Assembly: GCF_006345805.1 (NCBI RefSeq)
Contig: NC_042998.1
Span: forward strand, 184,450,001-184,514,000
Length of the DNA stretch: 64,000 bases
From: Octopus sinensis
Taxonomy: Eukaryota
Direction of reading: 5' to 3'
Below, piece by piece: positions 38,836 to 53,418 of the stretch. The notes beneath the pieces were generated by a model, which was given only the letters and a program-made list of their open reading frames with translations, searched no databases and had not been told where the DNA came from. The position numbers were made by a program, and so were the translations under genes. How positions within the stretch are numbered: position 1 is the first letter of the stretch; each line of letters begins with the position of its first letter.

Positions 38836-41800
38836 GATAGAGAAAGACTCATAAACTGGGGATTTTTCGAATGTAGAGATGTATATATATTACTTTGTGT
38901 TAGTGAGGAGAAGCTAAAGCGCTTACAATGGTTCTGATCGTGTGAATGAGAATAGAATCGTTGATTCTGATGAAGAGTATCTTATATTTGCAGTGAGAAT
39001 ATAGGATGGAGATAGATCATGAAATGAACGTATTCACGGAGAGAAAATTTATTCATTAAGCAGTTAATTTTCTTATGAAAGAAACAAGGAAGTGAATCAA
39101 GGAAGTGTGTAATTAATCCAAATTTTGGTGGTACTTGAGGTATGTAAAGAATTAGATGTTAATAGAAGAGGTATTTCTCGGGTCGAGAGAGGTATTCAAA
39201 TTTCCGTGATACAGTTTTAATGCTGATAATATATAGCTCCCAGCAAAGCTCACAGGCTATGAGAGTTTGAAGTGAGTAAGATCTTTGAAGCTGGAATGTA
39301 GGTATGTGATACAGTTACTCTTGCTAAAAATAGGCAACGTTTAGTTTTACTTTCTTAAAAGTTATCACATTATTGTATCTCTACAGGATGATATATCTAA
39401 ATGAGTGGAAGACGTGGATATCTTGAAATACTTGGTGGTATTATTAGTAGATCTGCAGAAAACAGGTCAACAGAGTATTGTCATTTGTATAACTGTGTAT
39501 AGGTTTAGTAACGACCGAACAGAAGGAAACTGATAAAGTGAAGTAAGTGAATCAAAGATATGGATTTGTTTCTTGGGATCATTTGTAAAAGATTACTGAC
39601 AAAGATTCGACGAACGTGTATATTTGAAATGAAGGTATAAATGAGGTATGTTGTTGTTATTGATTGGTCCTAGGTTAACTCAAATCGAACAGACATACTG
39701 AAAGATGTTCCATTCATAAGTATTCCGTATTTTTATTTATCAGATGTTCTTCCATTTTTAAGACAGTAGGGAGGGATTTGAGGAAGATTTTATTGCTATT
39801 TGAACTACATAGAGAATACGCCTTGACTGAGAATTCTGTATATACACAGAATATTTGACAGAGATATGGCCTCATCAGTTAAGTGAGATGGTTGATACAT
39901 CCCAGGTAAAAAGATATCCTATATTCAATAACTTTTTTTAATGTAATCAATATAAAGACTGGGGAATGAGTAGGAATATGGCTTGATGTGAATTTAAAGA
40001 TATAGTCTTCGTCAATTTATCTACTAATAAGAATAAAATGGGAACTAATATAAGAGTAGAGACGGTGCAAATTTGAAGTTTGGATTTAAAAATGAAGGAA
40101 ACAAGTGTTAAGAGCACTGGGGTTTCAAGCAAGCTATATGAGATATGTGTGTTGTAATAAACTAGTTGATATAAGTTGTTGAGGATATCCTACGTTTTAG
40201 CTTTTGTACCAACCGAACCTATTATGAAGAGATTAGCACAAAGAGATTGAATAGCAAACACTGAGGTGTCTGAATCAGGTTATCTTATAAAAACTTAAAA
40301 GAGGATAAAGATACAAGAAATACGGTGATCAAATATAGGCGTGTTCTGAACATTTAGAGTGGGTAGTTGACTTCGAAAAAAAAAAAGGTAGTGATATTCA
40401 ATTATAATCAGAAGCCTTTACTTTTAAGTTCATGTCACTAAACACACGTAAAAGGGGTGTTATACTAAACATGAATACACTCTCCAAGATTTGTACTGAG
40501 TTTAGCATACTGAGTTTATAGTAGAAATAGTAGGTGTATTATACTACTGAATAGGACTAGGAACCAGAACACAACAAAATATGTTTAAGGCTTTTTATAA
40601 CTATCACTATTCCTACATTAGAATGTTACATAGTAACCTAGATCACTGGCAAATTATATCGGATTATTTCCTTTTAAGTGTTGCAATTAGGGGATTAAAT
40701 CATTATTTTAAACTTGGTTAATCTTTAAAGGTTCTTTTTTAACTATAAAGTAAGTAACCGTGAATAATGAATTTATTAACTAGACTAATATTAGCTCAAA
40801 CGTAGAAAGTTCTATAAATAATATTAAATACGTATAAAAAAACTTGCATTGTAGAAGGAGGTGTGTATAATCTCTGTTGACTAAATTATATTATTGAGTG
40901 GATGAATGATATTTTGTTTAAAAGGTCATATCTTACTGTGATCCTAACCAAGATTATAATTGTTTTAATTTGGACAATGAATACACTACTCACGTGTCAT
41001 ATTTGATTCACTACCATTCACTGGGCCTCCACCGTCTACAATATCAAACAAGTTGAAATTACGTATCAATATAAACGCGTATTCAGATATACACACACAT
41101 GCACACATACTACTTATATATCTTACGAATACAACTACTCGCATACATTCACACACACATATGTAAGGTGATAGAATAAATTTAAGTATAATTAAGGTAT
41201 CAAATAAGTTTAAATGAAATTTTACATAATGTACTACTTGATTTAAACTAATGAAATGTAGTCTACTACAACTGAAAATTATAACAGAAAATCGATTCCT
41301 GCACTGAAACTGTTTCTTGATAAGCTCGGAGTCTGTGACTTTTTTGAAAGATTTATATAAAACCGAGATACCACCACAATTAGTTGGTTTATATGTTACC
41401 TCTGCAGCTATACCGGTAGGATAGGAACACGTTGTCACTGAAAAGAGTAGTTCTATTCTCCTTATTCTCTGAGAAATTTCACCTCGCATACATTCTTAAA
41501 TAGGTATAAACACTTAGAATGGCTAAGTTTGAAGTTTTTACTGAAGGATATAACTCAAAGTTTGCAATAATATTTCGACTCAGCCCAACAAAATTTATTG
41601 GTACAAATAGATTAATATTGAACCCATGTATTATAAAATTGATATACACCATACAAGGATTGGTAAAATTAATATAAAACTTAATATCAAATTTTATAGG
41701 GATTAGCAAATCAAAACCGGAAATCTGCAATAATTATCATCTTAATATGCAATAATACTTTACTGGCTATTATTTATCTATTACAATATAAGACAGAAAG

Positions 41801-42263
41801 TAAACGGTAGAAAAACCAAGTTTTTAGATGAGAGAACTTATCTAAAAGTTATATAAAAGAAATATAATTGAGGAAAAAAAATAACATCATTCTTTGATGT
41901 AATTTCTTTTATTTTCTCATACTTTCCTTCATATTTTAAGAGAAAACACGGTTATTAAAAGTTGTTATTAAATTAAATGTTAAGCTTTAAAGTATTAAAA
42001 ATGCGTTGTGGTATTGTAACAACGAAAACAGTAATATCAGCCGCAATAAAAAAAGAATCATTTTAGATACCCTAATTAAGATACAAAACACTGAATGAAG
42101 ACAAAACAAAAAATAAACAATTTTACTATATCTTGCAGGGTTGAGTAGCATCGGTTAATATTTATTTTAAAATATTACTTTAGAGAGCTTATATTTAAGC
42201 ATACACCCACAAAACTCAATTTGTTTGTGTGTATATATATATATATGTTTTGTTGCTCATTTG

Positions 42264-42298
<35 letters not shown>

Positions 42299-42452
42299 GT
42301 AATTTAGAGCGTCATGTACAGTTTGAAGGGTTCAACACCCATAAGTGAAGTTTATTAACTACACACATGCGCGCGCGCATACCTATAAGTGTGTATAGTA
42401 TGTATATATAAGGCATATTATATATGTATATACAGATATATATCAATGTTAC

Positions 42453-42528
<76 letters not shown>

Positions 42529-42788
42529 GTATGTATTCTATAGCGTTATCTAGTTTCGTGTGTTCAACATCCATAACAAGCTTATTAACAATATATATAT
42601 GGTATGTATGTAACTATATATATATGTATGTATATATATATTTATATACACGTATATATATATAAATATACGTGTATGTGTGTGCGTGTCTGTTATATAT
42701 ATGTATAACAATGTATTACATATATAATATATTTTTAATATATGTGATATATATATGTATATATAATATAATATATCAAATAATATAT

Positions 42789-42874
<86 letters not shown>

Positions 42875-43919
42875 TTTTGTACAGTTTGAAGAGTTTAACA
42901 TCAATAACAGAAATTTATTAACTTTATACATATATATAATACATATATACATACTCTCTCACACACAGACATACACACACACACAACACACACACACACA
43001 CACACGTATGTATGCATATATATATATATATATATAAAGGAAGTCTTGTCGTCTAATCTAAGCTTCAATGCAGAGCAGTTTTGTATAGATATTGTTTAAC
43101 CCCAGGTTAGCCTTATTCGGGTAGAATTTTAAGCGAAGTTATTTCAATCGACGTAATCTTGCTTTTACTTTTACGTATCTAGAACTTCTTTTTAAAGTCG
43201 GCATGTTGCCACTTGGCGAAAGGTTTGTGGAAGTAGATGCTTTAGTGACATAAAAATGAAGACAACATTTGAATAACAGTTCTTAGATAATTCGGTAAGA
43301 TCGGGGTTCATTAACCATTGTGAGTGACCCTCAACATGCTCGTTCAGTCTGTTTGAAATAACAACTGGATATTTTGGAAACCCAGCGCTATCGCCTTAAA
43401 TAGGAATGCAGATAATCTGTTTAAACAAGGCCGACAAAGAGTAATTAATTAAAAACTAAAATTCTTTGGCATACCAATACAAATTCCTAATATAGATCCC
43501 TTTATGCCTACAATACAGAAAATACACTTTTAATTGTCAATATATTTAAATGCACCTTAAAATGAAGTTTTCTTTGTTTTTAAAAATCTGTTATAAGTAT
43601 ATAGATCGTAAAATTGCAGTTAAAAACAATCTTCCCAAGGAACATATATTTTTTTTTCAACAATACACTCACAAACTGGCTTATTTGACAAAAAGGATTA
43701 TCAGTAGCCGTACATAATACTTAATATGGCGTCAATAAACACACTTAGCCAGCTTATAGACGACATATGAGATACTCGCTTTTGATTTCTTTTTATATGT
43801 TAGTTTCAGTTTCAGTCAACTAGTGAATCTTACTTTATCCAGACTCATACATACATGGTACTTTGAGTAGCAACTCGCGTGGACTCAACTTCACAGACAC
43901 AGACACAGACACAGACACA

Positions 43920-43961
<42 letters not shown>

Positions 43962-45610
43962 ACACACACACACAAATATCTTCCAAAAAGATTAGTGATG
44001 TAAGCACTTTCTCTGAGAATATTCGATATAACTTTCTAAAGGCATTAGATTTTAGATGAATTTCTTTTCCAAAGCGTTACAGCTGGACTCTTTCCATCAA
44101 TTCTCTAGCCTTTCAACATAGATACACTAGTGTGAGTGTAGCTATTTTGCTGGTGTTGTTTAGCTTTAGGTCGTTTCTGATTGAGCTACTCCATAACGTT
44201 AAGTATTTCATCAACGATCACTTCGTCTCTCTTTCTCGACATCATGTACCGAATATACCATCTTTTTTTTCATACGATAAGATATGAATTAAGTGAAATT
44301 TAGTTACCATGTCTAGCAAGCTAAGTGACTACCTAAAAGCTCCTTTTTGGGCTCGTTCTCGTATAGTTTAAACCATGGGTTCTCATTCATTTTTTAAATC
44401 TATGGACCTCTTTCATTACTATTTTATTCTAGTGGACCCCCATAATCATTCGATGATTAAAATCTAGTTTTATAGATACGTCTTTCAAAATTCCCATTCT
44501 GTTTTTTAGACATTAACTTGCGTAGGTTGAATTATGTAATTTTTTATACTTAATTTCTCTTTTAATAAAATAATAATCTATAACCTCAAGCCATATTTCT
44601 CTTCATTTCGTTTAAACCAGTGGTTCTCAACCGGGGTTCAAATGGCCCCTGAGGCTCCATGTAAGATTTTGCGGGGTGCACGCAACAAAATAGTAAATTG
44701 GAGGACAACAATAGTATTTTAAAGGCCCGTGAAAAAATGTTGCTTTCGAAGTATGTATTGGTATTTATTTCAAGAAACATTTACGTTTCTTTCTCTAACA
44801 TGGAGCCTCAGGGGCCATTTGAACCCCGGTTGAGAACCACTGGTTTAAACGAAATGAAGAGAAATATGGCTTGAGGTTATAGATTATTATTTTATTAAAA
44901 GAGAAATTAAGTATAAAAAATTGACCGTTATTCATAACAGGAACTAGCGTCATCAAGTTGTCCCTAAAACTACAGCTGAAGGGAAAAAACATAGACTTGG
45001 CTGAGATACAGTCGAAAAACAAAGATGCATCCGAACCGTGAATAATGACAGCTTTTCTACTGTAAATTCAAATTCAATTTCAGATAATTTAGACAGGAAT
45101 TATCATTTAGGCATAAATACTTTTAAAACTTCGATATTTTTTCTATCAGTAATTTAAAATATTCAGATCACAGAAAAAAGATCGATTGGCAATACTATAT
45201 TCGTTATAAGATTGCACTGAAAATTTAGTCTAAGCATTTTCATATTTAGTTTAAACAAAACTGTATCGTTTTGAAATTACTTAACCCACCAACAAAGAGC
45301 GTTGAAACAAACATATGGGACATATTGTATGTTTTATTAAGTAACATACCCGAATCATGATCATCGTCTTTTTTCCTTTTTTGGGATCTCTGTTGACCTT
45401 TTTTCGTGTCCAAAGTGTTTTCTTGATTCTGTCTTCGCGCTAATTTTTTCACCTAATTTTTGCAAGGTAAAAGAACAAAATAGTGAATTATTTTTGAAAG
45501 AAAAATATTCTCAAGAACTTCAATCTCTAACGAAATATAACAGTGGTATTATTTCAATAGTACCTTGAACCCCCTTCTCTTCTTCGTAGTCATTATTATC
45601 GGCATAAACG

Positions 45611-45683
<73 letters not shown>

Positions 45684-45930
45684 TATCATCATCATCATCA
45701 TCATCATTTTATATTAAAATTCTTTGAGATTTAAAAAGTGCATTAATATTATGTTCGTCATATAATAAATAATTAGGTACGTATGCAAGTATATGCAAAT
45801 CAGTTAATCGATCAACTAGTCACTGTGTCTACCTAGCAGTGCATGCACGCGCAAACGCACAACGTACGCATACACACAGGCGCGCACACACACATATACG
45901 CATAAATATATTTTTACACGTGTATATGTG

Positions 45931-45964
<34 letters not shown>

Positions 45965-45988
45965 TATGCATAAATATATTTTCCCACG

Positions 45989-46019
<31 letters not shown>

Positions 46020-46175
46020 ATGTGTACATATACATATATATACGTATATATATACACACACGCACGCATATATATAAATACATACATATATATACACATA
46101 CATACATACATATATATATATCTATATAAGCACATATACACAACTATCTCTCTCTTTCTTTCTCTCCCTCTAGAT

Positions 46176-46210
<35 letters not shown>

Positions 46211-46313
46211 AATATATATTTACATATAAAATATATGTAGCTATACATATTTAATGCATAACTACAGACAAACACACGCGCGCACCCCACCACGCATATA
46301 TATATATATATAT

Positions 46314-46354
<41 letters not shown>

Positions 46355-46370
46355 CACACACCACACACAC

Positions 46371-46415
<45 letters not shown>

Positions 46416-47154
46416 CATGCACACACATGTACACTTTGTTTCATCCACCTACTCTTTCCTACTCTCCTTGTATATCAGATAGGTTATGCATGAAATAGAA
46501 AGACGAGACGGAAATAAATATAATTGTAAATACATGTCTTTCTTTCCTTGTTGCAGAACTGGGCACTTAAGACTTGTAAATGAAATGAAGTTATATTTAA
46601 ACACAGTTAACTATTTACTTTTGCTCGCTGGTTCTGGAACCACACCTGGACTACTCTGACACTTAGACCGGTTTCCGCTGCCAAGGATTCTCTTACCTGC
46701 AAAATACACAACAAGAAAATTATAAGATACTTGATATAATAAGAACTTCTTATACAGTTAGAGGTTTATCTCTGCAATATCTCAAAGAAGGCATTCGTCT
46801 GCAGTGTTATTTTTCAGCTAACCTGAACATAAGCTAAATTTCATCATTCATGCAGTTGGCACTCCAGCTGATCTGTTATTGATTTATAGATAATATTTCC
46901 ATGATTCCGACCTTCAAACGGCGGTCTTAAACACTAATCGATTCTTTCAATGCCTTTTTGGTATTAATATAAAAGTTGCCGATTGATGCTATGGAGGTAT
47001 TTTTATTAAAAATATGCTCTTTTGATATTGTTTATTGATATTCCGAGGTTACAACACATGTGTATGTGAGCATTAGTGTGTGCATGTGTGTGTGTATTAT
47101 ATATGTATTTATGTATGCATACGTGTATGCATGCATGTCTATATGTATATATGA

Positions 47155-47193
<39 letters not shown>

Positions 47194-47474
47194 GAACAAA
47201 GACACAATACCCCAACCACAAAATATATGTGTATGTGTGTGCAAGAGTGAATATATGCGTGTTTTGTGTGTCTGTCTGAAATAGATTGTCATAAGTATTT
47301 TTTGGCTAGATAAATTTGTCGGTCCAGATTATGTTAATGTCCAAATGTAACGAAACTTAGAGAAGTTAGATTTAATAAACGGTCTGATAAGGTGGCAGAT
47401 GATATAATCGTGGGCTTTTCTCGAAAATGTATTAATATTATTTTTTTTCTATCATGCGAAGTCAAATATATACA

Positions 47475-47520
<46 letters not shown>

Positions 47521-47645
47521 AAACAAACATTCACATAGAAGTAAAAATAGGCAAGAGGATATGGTATGGCAATTTTAGTTCATAGATCTTGAGTTCAAGT
47601 CCATACAGTTACTTCAAATTATATTTAGCAGTATATCAACAGGTA

Positions 47646-47714
<69 letters not shown>

Positions 47715-50700
47715 CGCAATATTATTAAACGCACATGAATTCACGACTCTTGAGATGATATAATCTTAATAGTTGTCATATTAGTAATTTTAATAATTGT
47801 AATATTCATTTCGTTGGCACGAAACTACAATGTTATATGAGAAAGGAATGAGATTATATGATGCTTCTGCGTCTCTTGAGAAGACTAGCGATATTAAGTG
47901 CTGTAATGTTTAATGCTAAAATGTCTGTATTTCTTTCAAAGACTTTCTGAAAATTCCCATTATATTTTCCTGTCACAAATTAACATGTCATTTTATTATA
48001 ACACAGAAAATAAACGAACTAATTTTGATAATTATTTTTCATTGACATTACTTAACGTGAAGTTCTTTCCAGTCTAAAAATTCTGATCATAGATCATAAA
48101 GAAAGAAACCAAAAGGAGAACCATCACTTTTTGAAATATAGTCATAAAAATGTCCTGAGTTATGGCGAAACCTAGATCATCATCATCATCGTCGTCGTCG
48201 TTGGTGGCGTCGCCGTCGTCATCATTATCAGACTGCAACTTTCACTTGCGTTGGACATTATATGTTTCTTTACTACCCACAAGGGGCTAAACATAGAGGG
48301 GACAAACAAGGACAGACAAAGGGATTAAGTCGATTACATTGACCCCACTGCGAAACTGGTACTTTATTTATCGACCCCGAAAGGATGTAAGGCAAAGTCG
48401 ACCTCGGCAGAATTTGAATTCACAACGTAACGGCAGACGAAATACCTATTTCTTTACTATTCACAAGGGGCTAAACATAGAGGGGACAAACAAGGACAGA
48501 CAAAGGGATTAAGTCGATTACATCGACCCCACTGCGAAACTGGTACTTTAATTATCGACCCCGAAAGGATGTAAGGCAAAGTCGACCTCGGCGGAATTTG
48601 AATTCACAACGTAACGGCAGACGAAATACCTATTTCTTTACTACTCACAAGGGGCTAAACATAGAGGGGACAAACAAGGACAGACAAAGGGATTAAGTCG
48701 ATTACATCGATCCCAGTGCGTAACTGGCACTTACTTTATCGACCCCGAAAGGATGAAAGACAAAGTCAACCTCGGCGGAATTTGAACTCAGAACGTACCG
48801 GCAGACGAAATACTGCTAAGCATTTCGCTCGGCGTGCTAACGCTTCTGCCAGCTCGCCGTCTTTGCGTTGGACACTATGGCGCACATTCCATTGCGTCAT
48901 GATAATCGAATGGCGTCATTGTTCATCGGTTCATTGTTGTCCTGTATAAATAAAATTTACGGTACTACAGTCCTGCATCAGTTTTAATTATAACTTTGGA
49001 AAGACGTTCATGGATAGTTCATCCTCTCATGGATTGCTTCCCAAATGATGTCTTGACTTGTGGGGTACTATGGTTATCATAGTGATGTTAGGCAAGCCGG
49101 AGTCATCCTCATGCTTTCCTGCTGGTAACTGTGGAAAATCACCTTGGAGATGTTATTTGGCCGTTTTCTGCATTCATTTGACGTTGAACGCCATCTGGTG
49201 TTTATATAAGAAGATAAAAGGAAATCCGACTGGTGTTAGATATCGATCATCTAAGATACTGGTCCGAATTAAGCACTGATGTTATTGTTCTTGTATTTAG
49301 AGAAAGCTGTTGAGGACTAGGTCATACTTCAAATCCTGAATCGATCTTGTTACTCAAACTGCCTGAATCAATTAACAGTGATATGCTGAAAAACTTTTTG
49401 GTCCACCCTGAATTATAAAAATAGAAGCTAAAAACATATTTCACACTTACTTTTCGACATGGTTTGGGATTTACTTCGAAGGATGCTTTGAATTTTCTTC
49501 TTTGACTTGTAGTTAAAATAGTTCGCGGCCGCTTAGGACCTTTCGCTGTTTCACCTTCAACGTCATCAAAACTTTCCCCATCGTCACCTGTTAATTTGAA
49601 ACAAAGAAAGTGATTAGAAAGAAACGAGAATGCATACACTTTTTAAAAAAAAATGTTTACGTTTATATTTCGTCCACATCTATTTCTATTTGGTTGGGGA
49701 TAATGAGCAATAATGTGGATATCCGTGTGGCGAAGTGAGTTGTGATTTCATGGAGAAAAAAGAAAAAAATTATCAATGAAGATTAAAAGTAGCGTAAAAC
49801 TGGATGAAAAGGATTAGTTTACTTGTCAGGTAAAGCATAAAGAAAGAAAAAAAGTTTAAAACGGAAGAAGGATGGTCCCAAGTGTCATCCAAAGCTTTTA
49901 TGTTTGTCATGAAACAGTTCTTTGTATCGATACTAATAACTGATGAGAGAAAGAGATGGATGAGTAGGATCGTAGAAACGTCGGAAAAAATGCCTTGTGA
50001 TATTCCGTTTCTTTATTACCCACAAGGGGCTACACACAGAGGAGACAAACAAGGACAGACAAACGGATTAAGTCGATTACATCGACCCCAGTGCGTAACT
50101 GGTACTTAATTTATCGATCCCGAAAAGATGAAAGGCAAAGTCGACCTCGGCGGAATTTGAACTCAGAACGTAACGGCAGACGAAATACAGCTACGCATTT
50201 CGCCCGGCGTGCTAACGGTTCTGCCAGCTCGCCGCCTTGTGATATTCAGTTATGACTCTTTACGTTCTGGGTTCAAATCCTGCTTTAGTCAACTTAGTCC
50301 TTCATCATTATAAGCTCAGTAAAATAAACTGTCTCTCAAGTAATGAAGTCGAGTTAATCGACTATATACTACCCTAGAATTGGGGTATCTAATATTTGGT
50401 AAGAAAGAATTTCCATGTTTACTGGAAGAATTGAATGCATATAACATTATATTAGTCTGGAGACAGGTTAGTTAATGGTGCGTCAATTGTATCTCGAAAA
50501 TGAATTCATTGATGCAACTAAAGCGTCTTTGTGTTGCTTTATTCCATTCTTTTTTATTTTATTTATAATGCTTAGAGCTGAGAGCCGGAAGAAATCCGGT
50601 AACGTGTTTCATCCGACGCTCTTATGACTCCGTCCATTCGCTGCCTCCATATCCAATAGTCTCGCAAAATACTTGTGAAAAGATAAATTCAATAAATTCG

Positions 50701-53297
50701 ATAAAGATACTAAGGAATTGAACAAAATACTTTAAATAATCGGGTTTCAAATATTGCAAGGATTATTTTTGAATATAAAATTCAAGTTTACATCCTGGTT
50801 GTTATCACCAAAAATTATGAAACGAATAATAAGTCACGTACATACCGTTTCTTTACAGAAAAAAGAGGACTTCAGCGTTGTTAAAAAATACTGAAATCAT
50901 TCCGGTGACATATTGAGTGAACCAGTTCGTGATTAGCCTCAGAACAATACTAATTCAGCAGATTTATGATTATTGACTTCATAGAGCTGTGATCTTTTTT
51001 TTCCGAGTTTAGAATATCAAGAACTACATCATCTATTCCCCTTCGTTTTTAAGACGGTATTTTCAGCAAATCAAACAATTCACATTGAACAGGTGTAAAG
51101 TTACTTTTTAGTACTAACAATGAATTGTAAACACTTAAGAACCTGTGTGCTGAGAAAAATATGAATCTTTAATTATAATTCATAAGTATGCAAATTATAT
51201 TAAATTACTGTTTTGATATTAAGGCGTAAAACTTATTTTTCCTATGGATTTTAGAAATTTTTCTAATGGATGGTTTCAATTTAGAATGCAAGAGAAATTT
51301 CACATGAATAGTGGAGTAAATTAGTACTTCAGAGAATATTCAAACATGTAAACTGTGAAGTTCTCATGTTCAAATATTTAAGATAAACATACATACAAAG
51401 TATAAAGCACATTGTTTTCTTAGAGATTGCCCAAATGAATTCTGTTTTATAAGCTTGTAATATTTTCCATCCACTTCTCCAGGTAGACATAATACGTAAA
51501 GATGTTTCCATTAGAGTTGCTTACGCCAATAAACACAAGGTAATATATGTAAAAGGCATATATGAGGAATACCAAGAATTAAATGGATTGTAAAGGCCCC
51601 AGATTAAAAAAAATCATTGCCATGTCGTACAGAGGTGATATAAATACATAGATGTATAAGTTTGTAAGAGTACCTCTCTTCAAAAAATTCCCCTGAAACT
51701 ACATGTTCATCTTATAGTGCATCTAGGACAAGTTTGCTAGACGGAAGTTGTCCTTCATAAAGCTGTATAGTTATTGGAAGTGTTGACTCAGCACTATAAG
51801 CTGAAAAACTACTTGTTCATTATATAGTACTCCTGTTGTTTGTTTAGAACAACGTGCTTTAATGATCTGTTATACTTATTTACAACCAGATGGCCTGGTT
51901 GTTTTGTGTTTTGTCCACAGGTACAGCGGACCGCAAGTGATGGAATACGAACACAGAAACTGTCAAACACTATAATGGCCCAACTAATATAATTCAAACA
52001 GAAAATTATTGTTCTAATATTCTAGCTACGATTTAATTATAGATATTCTATTCTTGTCTTAATTAATCTACAAATATGTTGTAAATATGTGATATTTGAA
52101 GATTAATTGGTGATTTCATAAGAAAGTATAATATAGACCAAGCGCCGTATTAAATTAAACTGATTTCCTTTCTTTCCTTCTTTCTTTTGCACTTTCGTTC
52201 TATCGTTTTTATTTCGGTTTCAATAAATTAGCAAATGAAAAATGAAAAATTAGAATTGGAATAGTCTTTGAAAACTTTTCTCCAAATGAAAAACAATAAT
52301 GTAACTTTAATCTAAAATGTAATTTAAGAAATTATAGAAGACAATTCCGATGAAAAATAGAAATAATCAAACAGAAGTAAATAATAATATATAGAAGTAA
52401 TAACAATTAAACGTTAAGAAATGAGATAATGAAAAGAAAAAACAAAACTACAAAACAAAAACAATTATAATGATAACAATAAACAAAACAAATGTATTTC
52501 CAATTTAAATATTTAATATTTTCATATTTAGTTCTGAAGAAAAGTAGAGCTAGAAATAAAGAAAGTGTTTGTGTGAGAGAAGGAATACTTTAACTTGTTG
52601 AAGATAGATTGATAGATGTATGAATGAATATAGATAGATAATTAAAAATAGAGAGTCAGCGTATAAGTGAGAACGAGAAAGATAAAATGAGAGATAGCAT
52701 AAGAGGAGAGAATGAGAGAGGGAGAGAGGGAAAGAGAGAGGGGGGAGAAAGAGAGAGAAGGAGAGAAATGAAGGCGGTGTATGGGGGCATAGCAAATTTA
52801 GGTAAAGTGGCTTGCTTGGCTTGTAAAAGTAAACACAGCACCTAAAGTCAAACAAAACAGAAGGCAAAATGAAAGAAACCAAATAATAAAAAGAAATGCA
52901 TATACAAGCGCACTGTGGCACACATATACGCATATACACTGAAACACAAGTGTGCAAAACACACACACACACAAACATACACACACACACACACACACAC
53001 ACATACACACGCATTCCCACGGACACAGTCAAATATAACAAATGAACAAGCAACAATATTCATTGTTATTAAGCGACTAAATTATATCCAGAAACATAAT
53101 TCTAACAAAAATAATGAAATTCTTTTTCTTATATCAGTATTTATTTGATTTCTTAGATATTTCCGTTATTATCTTCTTGATTTTATTAAATGTAAAAGAT
53201 ATTCTGCTTTCCCTGACTCAAGCCTTTATAGATATAAAATATTCATAAAAATACAAATCAAATTAAATAAGGTTGATTTTTACTTTGCTTGTTTCAA

Positions 53298-53351
<54 letters not shown>

Positions 53352-53379
53352 GTTTTTATTATTATTGTTGTTGTTGTTG

Positions 53380-53418
<39 letters not shown>

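Noticed and set aside
48265-48859. Regularly spaced repeats superficially like a CRISPR array
   Set aside because: These are 184-bp SINE units with no unique spacers, in eukaryotic context with no cas genes.
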